Shown: in pieces, positions 9,849 through 16,431 of the stretch
Position numbering within the stretch: position 1 is the stretch's first letter
Layout: every line of letters starts with the position of its first letter
NCBI GenBank assembly: GCA_023248955.1
Contig: JAHFDP010000011.1
Coordinates: 6,056-70,055, forward strand
Reading direction: 5' to 3'
Source of the DNA: Deltaproteobacteria bacterium
GTDB taxonomy: Bacteria; Myxococcota; Myxococcia; Myxococcales; JAHFDP01
DNA: 64,000 nt
Made by a program: the position numbers and the translations under genes
Notes under the pieces: model-generated
The model's input: the letters and a program-made list of their open reading frames with translations, nothing else
Told to the model about the DNA's origin: nothing
Database searches by the model: none

Positions 9849-12071
9849 ATGCGATCGCATTTGGCCATCTTCTGCTCGCTCGTTGGCACGCTGGCGATCG
9901 CCGCCGTTCCCTCGCAAATCGATCAGCAGGGACGCATCCTCAAGAGCGACGGAACTCCCGAGACCGGCGCGCTGAGCGCAACCTTCGCGATCTACGACTC
10001 AGCCTCCGGAGGAGCGGCGCTCTGGACGGAGGCCCACGCGCTCCCACTCGACGGCGGTGGCTACTATTCGGTTTCCCTCGGCGCGGTGACACCCTTTCCG
10101 AACACGCTGTTCGATGGCCGCACGCTCTATCTCGGCATCAAACTCTCGAGCGAGCAGGAGATGACGCCGCGCGAGCCGATCCTCAGCGCGCCTTACGCCA
10201 TGGTGGCCGGGCAAGCGCACGACGTGATCGGCGACATCCATCCCGCGAGCATCACCGTCAATGGCAAGACCATCGTCGACAGCCAGGGCCGAATCGTGTT
10301 GGACGCCGGCTGCACCACCGGACAGATCCTCGCGTGGGACGGGAGCAATTTCGCCTGCGTGTCGCCGTCGGCCAGCTCGGGAGGAACGGTCACGAGCGTC
10401 ACGGCTGGCGCGGGACTGGCGGGCGGCACGTTCACCTCCGCTGGTACACTGAGTATCGCTACCGGCGGCGTCACCAACGCAATGCTGCAAAACAGCGGCG
10501 TCACCGTCACTCCCGGCGCGGGCCTCACCGGCGGCGGCGCGGTTTCGCTGGGCGGATCGACAAAGATTTCGCTGCGCACCGACTGTTCGGGCGGACAGCT
10601 CCTCGCTTGGAGCGGCACCGACTGGGCCTGCACCTCGCCTGCCGCGAGCTCGGGAGGAACGGTCACCAGCGTCATTGCTGGCGCAGGCCTCTCTGGCGGC
10701 ACCATTAACTCCACCGGTACACTGAGTATTGCATCCGGTGGCGTCACCAACGCCATGCTGCAAAACAGCAGCGTCACCGTCACGGCTGGGACCGGACTGT
10801 CCGGCGGCGGAACTGTTGCGTTGGGCGGAACCGTGACACTCGCGGCGACCGCGGTTGCTCCCTCAGGCACGGTGCTCGACCTGGAGTTCGAGGACAACAC
10901 CGGTTTGCCAGCGACGTTCCTCGACTCTTCGGGGCTGGGCAACACCGCTACCGGAACGAGCGGCTTTGCGCCGGGTTCGAGCGGGCACTCCGGCAAAGGC
11001 GTGAACTTTTCCGGAGGCGTCTTGACCATCGCCGGGCCCACGAAAATTCCGGACAGCGCGCAGGTCTCGGTGGAGGCCTGGATCAATCCGACGACGGTGA
11101 ACACCACGAAAACCATTTTTCAAAAGGGCACCACCGCGAGCGCCAACGCGCACTCGTACACCTTGCGTCTGATCAATCAGAATGCGTCGTTCACGGTTTC
11201 GGCAGGAATAGGCACCGGAACCGACTGCACGGCGACGGCCTCGGATTCGTCCGTTCCAGTGACAACTTGGTCGAATGTGTCGGGTTGGTACGACGGTCAA
11301 TATGCGGTCGTTGCGGTGAATGGAACGGTCCGCGCGACTGCGGCCTGCTCCAACGGTTCGGTGCTTGGACTCGGCCCGGTCCTGGCAACGCCGACGGGAG
11401 CCTTTAGCATCGGCGCGACCACGACGGGGACGCAGACCTTCGCGGGAACCATCGACGAAGTGCGCGTTCGAAATACCGCCGTTTCCGCGGTCCGCGTTCA
11501 ATCGGTCTATACTCAATGGGGCGTCGGAACTTGCACCAATGGCGCGCAGACGCTCAACAGCGGATTCGCCTTCGGTGCCCACTACACCCACAACCCAAGC
11601 GGAGAACCGAGTTGCCTCGCAGCAGGCGCGCCCGGACCGGTGAAGCCGAATCCGAGTTCTTATGGCGATATCAAATACGGGATGTCCGTGCAGGGAACTT
11701 CGCCGTCCACCGACATTCCCAGCTCCGTCGTCAATGGCGTGAGCACGGTCGTCATCGTCAAGAATACGCGCCTTAAATGTGCCAGCTGCGGCACACCAAA
11801 GAGCAGCTGTTTTCGAATCGACGGCACGCAAACTTGCCCTGCTGGATTCACGTCAGCCTATGCCGGGTTTCTCTTTGGCGGCTATTACGTCCCCAGCTCG
11901 AATCCAGGCCATAACGAGCCGGTATGCATCGACGGCTTTAATTATGATGGCAGCGCCGCCAACTTGACCGACAACGGCGCTTATGTCTATCCAACCTCCG
12001 TCGAAAGCGGGGGTGGAACTGGGGTAACCGCCGGAACCTTTCTTCAATGCGCTGTTTGTTGCGCCAATTAA
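9849..12071 (+). CDS. Large secreted protein: tail-fibre-like N-domain, two 90-aa repeats, LamG-like domain, Cys-rich twofold C-terminal domain
   Basis: ATG 9849 is preceded by GGAGGGG. Signal peptide MRSHLAIFCSLVGTLAIAA. The text QIDQQGRILKSDGTPETGALSATFAIYDSASGGAALWTEAH is typical of bacterial tail-fibre-like proteins. LamG-like text is LEFEDNTG...VSVEAWINPT...GTIDEVRVRN. The ORF track start at 9810 is also possible. Confidence 0.85.
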   Translation: MRSHLAIFCSLVGTLAIAAVPSQIDQQGRILKSDGTPETGALSATFAIYDSASGGAALWTEAHALPLDGGGYYSVSLGAVTPFPNTLFDGRTLYLGIKLSSEQEMTPREPILSAPYAMVAGQAHDVIGDIHPASITVNGKTIVDSQGRIVLDAGCTTGQILAWDGSNFACVSPSASSGGTVTSVTAGAGLAGGTFTSAGTLSIATGGVTNAMLQNSGVTVTPGAGLTGGGAVSLGGSTKISLRTDCSGGQLLAWSGTDWACTSPAASSGGTVTSVIAGAGLSGGTINSTGTLSIASGGVTNAMLQNSSVTVTAGTGLSGGGTVALGGTVTLAATAVAPSGTVLDLEFEDNTGLPATFLDSSGLGNTATGTSGFAPGSSGHSGKGVNFSGGVLTIAGPTKIPDSAQVSVEAWINPTTVNTTKTIFQKGTTASANAHSYTLRLINQNASFTVSAGIGTGTDCTATASDSSVPVTTWSNVSGWYDGQYAVVAVNGTVRATAACSNGSVLGLGPVLATPTGAFSIGATTTGTQTFAGTIDEVRVRNTAVSAVRVQSVYTQWGVGTCTNGAQTLNSGFAFGAHYTHNPSGEPSCLAAGAPGPVKPNPSSYGDIKYGMSVQGTSPSTDIPSSVVNGVSTVVIVKNTRLKCASCGTPKSSCFRIDGTQTCPAGFTSAYAGFLFGGYYVPSSNPGHNEPVCIDGFNYDGSAANLTDNGAYVYPTSVESGGGTGVTAGTFLQCAVCCAN
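10318..10857 (+). repeat. Two tandem 270-nt (90-aa) repeats inside the 9849..12071 CDS
   Basis: GQILAWDGSNFACVSPSASSGGTVTSVTAGAGLAGGTFTSAGTLSIATGGVTNAMLQNSGVTVTPGAGLTGGG... versus GQLLAWSGTDWACTSPAASSGGTVTSVIAGAGLSGGTINSTGTLSIASGGVTNAMLQNSSVTVTAGTGLSGGG... The DNA is also clearly similar. Confidence 0.9.
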
Positions 12072-12092
12072 CAACGGCTCGGTACTCCCATT

Positions 12093-12515
12093 TTAGCGTT
12101 GAAGCTCGATGCCCATCGCCTTTCCAAGCGAGGCGACCCGGTCATCGAAGGTGGCCAGCGTAAGCGGTCGTTGCACGATCGCTTGCAGCTGAAGGACCGC
12201 GCCGATGTGGACGGCATCGAGCGAGCGGCACTGCGCCATCCGCTCGTCCTGCCGCACGCGCGAGGCGATGCTCGAAAGCTCGTCGTAGAGCGAGAAACCA
12301 AGCAGGTCCGCGTCGAAGCGATCGAGCGCGGCGTTGAGAAGCTTGCGATTGCGGCGATCGCCGCCTAGCACGCGTCGCAGCACCACGGGAACTTCGATCG
12401 CCAAAAGCCAGGAGGAGAGCTTCGGTGTCTTGAGCCCAAGCCAGGCCTGTGCGTCCGCGTGTCGCGGCTGGTTTAGGTAGAGCTCCAACAAAACGCTGGA
12501 GTCGAAATAGATCAC
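12093..12515 (-). CDS. vapC: PIN-domain toxin (VapC-like)
   Basis: MIYFDSSVLLELYL...LLAIEVPVVL...CRSLDAVHIGAVL...LATFDDRV. The acidic PIN residues are in the expected order. 4-nt ATGA overlap with the upstream antitoxin. Confidence 0.85.
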   Translation of the reverse strand: MIYFDSSVLLELYLNQPRHADAQAWLGLKTPKLSSWLLAIEVPVVLRRVLGGDRRNRKLLNAALDRFDADLLGFSLYDELSSIASRVRQDERMAQCRSLDAVHIGAVLQLQAIVQRPLTLATFDDRVASLGKAMGIELQR

Positions 12516-12823
12516 GGCAAGTTCCGGTCCGCGCGGGTGGCACGAAGCGCGGCGGCCAGATCGATTTTCCCGTGGGGCTTGGGCAGCGGATCCGCCGTGG
12601 CGCTGCGCGGCTCGCCCTTGGCCATTCGCAATTTGCCCGTGCGGCCGAGCCGGGCGATCGCTTCTTCCTCTGATTCGCCGATGCGGCCAACGTGCTGCGG
12701 CGGTGCCGTGAGCTGCGCGACGACCGTGCCGTGGTCCGTAACCAGAACCGTTTCTCCGTCGAGGACCATTCGAAGATATTCGCTCAAACTGTTTTTGAGC
12801 TCTCGGACGCCGGTTGTTCGCAT
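12512..12823 (-). CDS. Antitoxin, Phd/YefM-like (VapB role)
   Basis: Internal ATG at 12823 gives MRTTGVRELKNSLSEYLRMVLDGETVLVTDHGTVVAQLTAPP... Typical Phd/YefM N-terminus. The longer ORF start at 13072 has no support. Confidence 0.8.
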   Translation of the reverse strand: MRTTGVRELKNSLSEYLRMVLDGETVLVTDHGTVVAQLTAPPQHVGRIGESEEEAIARLGRTGKLRMAKGEPRSATADPLPKPHGKIDLAAALRATRADRNLP

Positions 12824-13052
12824 GACGCTATTGTAGCTCCCGTGGCTACATTTTTGCAAACTCTGATCGTATCGCGGACTAAGGCACCCATCAGCCAGGC
12901 GGTGGCATACCCACGCTCCACCTGGAGTGAACACGCGCAGTCCACTGTTTCGTGGGCGACACCAAACCTCGATCCGCAGCCGCCGCGTGCACATAAATGC
13001 GATGCCGCTCACGTGACGACGTTCATGACCCGACGAATTTCTGGCCCAAACC

Positions 13053-14753
13053 TTGCTGCCCTCCGGGCCCATGTTCCCTCCGCATTTCGTCGCTTTTGTC
13101 CTCTGTCACACGCTCTTCGTCACCGCCGCTGAGCCACGGTCTCGTGAGAGCAGCAAGGCCAAGCCATCGGACGAGCGCAGCATCGAGGAGATCGCGCACG
13201 AGCAGCGCACGCATCCCGAAATTCCGCACGGCACGGCGCTCGATAACAAAAATCCGTTCGAGCTCAAGAAGGGTCCGCTCGCCAACAACTCGACCACCGA
13301 GATCGGCGCCGGCGAAAACAAAAACGATCCCCACGCCATATTGACGCCAGAGCAGCGCCAGCGCGCGATGGAGCTGAGCGAGCGCATCAGCACCGTGGCG
13401 CGGACGCTGGTGCGCGATGCCAGCATGGCCGTCACGCCCGGCGATTGGTGGGCCTACTGGTTCGCTGAAGGGTCTAACCGACACAAGATCACCTACCCCA
13501 TCCACGACATGCTGGGGCACAGCGACAAGTATGCGATGGGCGTGATCGGGCACGAGATCTCGCACGCGCTCCACTCGCGCATTCCCAGCAAGGTCGACAA
13601 CAACGCGTTCCATTTTCTCTGGAACGCCATTGAAGATATTCGCATCAACAAGATCATCAGCGAGCGTTTCGCGGGCATGCCAGCCATGTTGCGAGAAGCT
13701 TATTCTGAATGGATTCCGAAGCACGACAAAGTTAGCGCCGAGGGAAAGATGATCCGCTCGGAGCTGTTTGCGTACGGCTTCATTTACGAATGGGCCACGA
13801 AAGGAAAGACGCTTTCTGGCATCACCGACCCGGAGGTCATCGCTGCGATCGACGAGGCACGGCCCTACGTCCTAGAAACCACGCGGCTTCCGCCGGGCGT
13901 CGATTTGCGCTTCGACAGCATGAACAAAGAGGAGATCGATTTCGAAGCGCTGCGGTCGTTCGAAGTGATTCGCGATCAGATTTGGCCGATCTACCAGCGG
14001 CTGCTCGAGAAGGACATGAACGATCCTTCGACGAAGGACAAAGCGGATCAGCAGCAGCAGGGCGAAGGCGACGGAAAGCCGGGAGAAGGCAAGCCCGGTG
14101 AAGGCAAGCCTGGCGAAGGAAAACCCGGTAAGGGCGAAAAAGGTGGAAAGCCCGGAGAACCGAGCGAAGGCAACTTCGACGAGAGCGGCAATATCGCGAG
14201 CAATCAGGTTCCGCGCGATCCGTTGAAGGGCAAGACCGGCATTCCGTCACTCGACGAAACGCGCGAAGCGCTCGACAAGCTCTTCAAGAAAGCTGCGGAC
14301 GCTCTTGGCGGAAAAGTGCAGTCGGAAGCCGATAAGCAAGTGGAGGAGGCAGGCAAGACCGGCGCAAAGGCCCCGAGAAAAAAGGGCAGCAAAGGCGAGG
14401 GCGAAGACAACATTTCGACCAGCGGGAGCCAGGTGGAGCTCGATTACGCGGGCGATCCGAAATACGGCAAACTCGAGGACCAGGTCAAAGCGCTCGAGCA
14501 GAAGCTCCGCGATCAGCGCAATGCCACGCGGAGTGGATCGCCCTACCAGGCAATCTGCGACAAGCAGAAGAAACAAAAAGACGCGCTCGTCACGGAGATC
14601 GCCAACGCCATCGAGCGGGACGATCTCCCCGAGTTGGTCGGCCCGCTGCCGCGCTTTTCGCGAGTGCCGCCTTGCTCGTTTTCGGAGCAAGGAGCGACGC
14701 CGCACCCGTGGTGCCAACACCCTCGAAGAAGACGGCCGCCGCGCAAAAGCTAG
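13053..14753 (+). CDS. HExxH metallopeptidase-like domain protein with K/E/G-rich repeat linker; last ~35 codons look out of frame
   Basis: GVIGHEISHALHSRIPSKVDNNAFHFLWNAIEDIRINK resembles the putative metallopeptidase domain that accompanies VWA/MoxR systems (DUF2201_N type, from memory). It also has a hydrophobic N-terminus FVAFVLCHTLFVTAA, a GEGKP repeat and a coiled-coil-like K/E-rich stretch. The tail PLPRFSRVPPCSFSEQGATPHPWCQHPRRRRPPRKS looks non-native. Confidence 0.55.
   Translation: MLPSGPMFPPHFVAFVLCHTLFVTAAEPRSRESSKAKPSDERSIEEIAHEQRTHPEIPHGTALDNKNPFELKKGPLANNSTTEIGAGENKNDPHAILTPEQRQRAMELSERISTVARTLVRDASMAVTPGDWWAYWFAEGSNRHKITYPIHDMLGHSDKYAMGVIGHEISHALHSRIPSKVDNNAFHFLWNAIEDIRINKIISERFAGMPAMLREAYSEWIPKHDKVSAEGKMIRSELFAYGFIYEWATKGKTLSGITDPEVIAAIDEARPYVLETTRLPPGVDLRFDSMNKEEIDFEALRSFEVIRDQIWPIYQRLLEKDMNDPSTKDKADQQQQGEGDGKPGEGKPGEGKPGEGKPGKGEKGGKPGEPSEGNFDESGNIASNQVPRDPLKGKTGIPSLDETREALDKLFKKAADALGGKVQSEADKQVEEAGKTGAKAPRKKGSKGEGEDNISTSGSQVELDYAGDPKYGKLEDQVKALEQKLRDQRNATRSGSPYQAICDKQKKQKDALVTEIANAIERDDLPELVGPLPRFSRVPPCSFSEQGATPHPWCQHPRRRRPPRKS
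14061..14163 (+). repeat. 15-nt period tandem repeat encoding (GEGKP)n
   Basis: GEGDGKPGEGKPGEGKPGEGKPGKGEKGGKPGEP. The period is five residues, not a collagen G-X-Y triplet. Confidence 0.85.
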
Positions 14754-14992
14754 ACCACGCGAAGGAGACACTCGCGCTCTCGGTCATCGCTCGTATGATC
14801 GAGCTCGGCGGAACCTTCACGAAGGAACTCACCGTCGACTGGTTACGCAATTCGATAGCGCCCGCGTTTACCGGAGACGACTACATCCTGCCGATGGCCC
14901 GGATGGCGCGCGCGAGCGGCGTCGCGTTCGACACAATCCATTTGACGCTCGCGAATGGGACGACGATTCCGCTCAACACCAGAATGAAGTGA
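14672..14992 (+). pseudogene. Frame-2 segment of the disrupted AAA_5 locus (hydrophobic segment plus degenerate AAA module start)
   Basis: The frame is open from about 14582 and reads ...AAALFASAALLVFGARSDAAPVVPTPSKK...DDYILPMARMARASGVAFDTIHLTLANGTTIPL. There is no credible start for the hydrophobic segment. It joins naturally to frame 0 upstream and frame 1 downstream. Confidence 0.4.
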
Positions 14993-15771
14993 TCACGCCC
15001 GCGGCGAGTTTCCGTCTGCTGGCGACCGGAAACGGATCCGCTTACGCCGGTCGTGGAAAACTTTCCGCCGCGCAGCGATCGCGCTGGACCACGGTCTTCT
15101 GTCAGCCGCTCGGTGAAAAAGATCTCACCACGATCATGAAGAAAAAGTTCGGCGACACGATTCCCGATTCAGAGCTCGCGAAATTAATCACCACGCATCT
15201 TGCGCTGGTACAAGCGGCGGATGCGGGCGACGTCGGCAGGAGCCTCGGACGGCTGGCCTACTCGGTACGAAATCTTCTGCGCGTCGGACAACGATTCGTT
15301 CGGCACCAGGGCGGCGCTCTTTCCGACGACGCGTTGATGCGCCGCGAGATCGAGGAGATCTACCGAGGAGGACTCTTCGAGCCGGATGAAGTCAAAACGG
15401 TCGACGACATCCTCCAACTATCCGCGCCCTATGACGGTAGCGATTTCTACGAACATCTAGAATTCACGGAGACCGCCGACACCTTCACGCTGGGTGACGT
15501 CACGCTGCGCAAAGTCAACACCGGCCACGCGGAGATCCCCAACGACAAGGCGAAGCAAATCCTCACCAAGCGTACCAAGAAGGCGCTCTACCAACTCATG
15601 AAGGCGATCGAGAACGGCGAAAATCCCGCTCTGCTCGGCGAACGTGCGTCGGGAAAAACTTCGCTCGTAAAATTTCTCGCGCATCTCGCGGGTCAGCCTT
15701 ACTACCGACAGATGCTCGGTGAAGGCACCGACGCGATGGATCTGATCGGCGGCTACGACGATCAGGGTTAG
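14988..15771 (+). pseudogene. AAA_5 (MoxR/midasin-like) ATPase segment: end of module 1, linker, Walker A of module 2; ends at an in-frame TAG
   Basis: VITPAASFRLLATGNGSAYAGRGKLSAAQRSRW... then LGERASGKTSLVKFLAHLAGQPYYRQMLGEGTDAMDLIGGYDDQG-TAG. The GTG at 14988 overlaps the frame-2 stop (GTGA), so an independent start cannot be excluded. Confidence 0.5.
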
Positions 15772-15780
15772 TCCGACGGC

Positions 15781-16386
15781 ATGCTGCTTCGTGCGGCTCG
15801 TCCCGAGAACGCGCCGGGCATCGCGCTCTTCGACGAATACAACATGGCCAGCTCCGCCGTGCTCGAGCGTTTCAATCCGGTGCTCGACGATGAGCGCACA
15901 CTGGTACTCGTCGAAAAGGAAGGCGAGGCGATTCGGCTGCATCCCGACTTCGTACCCATCGTGGCCTTCAATCCACCGACCGCGCGTTATCCGGGTCGCC
16001 GCAAGCTTTCGCCCGCGTCTTACAATCGTCATACGTTGATATACATTCCGGATCTCTCGGCGATCGATGAGCAGAAGGAGATTCTCTCTGGGCGTGCCGC
16101 GGAAATGGGCGTGCCAACAGCCGTCGCCGAGGCGTTAGTGGATCTGCATCATTGGCTGATCGCCAAATATGCTGACGGCACGCTCGGCCAATCGCTGTCG
16201 GACGACGAGAAGCCGGATCTCTCGATTCGCCAACTCATGAAGTCGCTGGAGACCGTGCACGAATTTGGCGAAGAGGACGGCTACGGACTCGCGTTCCTGC
16301 ACGCGGTCGAATCGAAGTACGCGGGCACGCCCGACCTCGATGACAACGAAGCGATTCTGCAGCACGCGGACGAGATGTCTCGCTGA
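15781..16386 (+). pseudogene. AAA_5 ATPase segment: Walker B to lid of module 2 (in frame with 14988..15771 across the TAG)
   Basis: (TAG)SDGMLLRAARPENAPGIALFDEYNMASSAVLERFNPVLDDERTLVLVEKEGEAIRLHPDFVPIVAFNPPTARYPGRRKLSPASYNRH. This is a classical AAA_5 Walker B / sensor 1 / Arg region. Confidence 0.6.
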
Positions 16387-16391
16387 ATTCC

Positions 16392-16431
16392 CTCACCCAC
16401 CCTGACCCTCCCCCGTCAAGGGGGAGGGGAC
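16392..16431. repeat. REP family 2 hairpin (CACCCTGACCCTCCCCC-N-GGGGGAGGGG)
   Basis: CTCACCCACCCTGACCCTCCCCCGTCAAGGGGGAGGGGAC, near-identical to 45803..45845. It lies between convergent genes and supplies the last codons and the stop of the permease gene. Confidence 0.8.

Noticed and set aside
9849-12071. Prophage or contractile-injection element inferred from the tail-fibre-like protein
   Set aside because: No capsid, portal, terminase, sheath, baseplate or integrase genes flank it. The gene carries a Sec signal peptide, which fits a surface protein.
14061-14163. Collagen-like triple-helix repeat
   Set aside because: The period is five residues (GEGKP), not G-X-Y, so Gly does not fall at every third position.
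14672-14992. An independent small secreted protein starting at TTG 14672
   Set aside because: That start truncates the hydrophobic segment. It also overlaps the upstream ORF by 82 nt, and the text continues an AAA-module pattern into the next frame. A frameshifted single gene explains it better, although this is not proven.
15769-15771. TAG read as a sense codon (pyrrolysine or an altered genetic code) in the AAA_5 gene
   Set aside because: TAG terminates several well-conserved genes in this window at their natural C-termini: the crotonase at 59698, the C-methyltransferase at 54565, mrp at 62696 and the lipoprotein at 35054. No pyl-type context is visible. A nonsense mutation or a base-call error is simpler.
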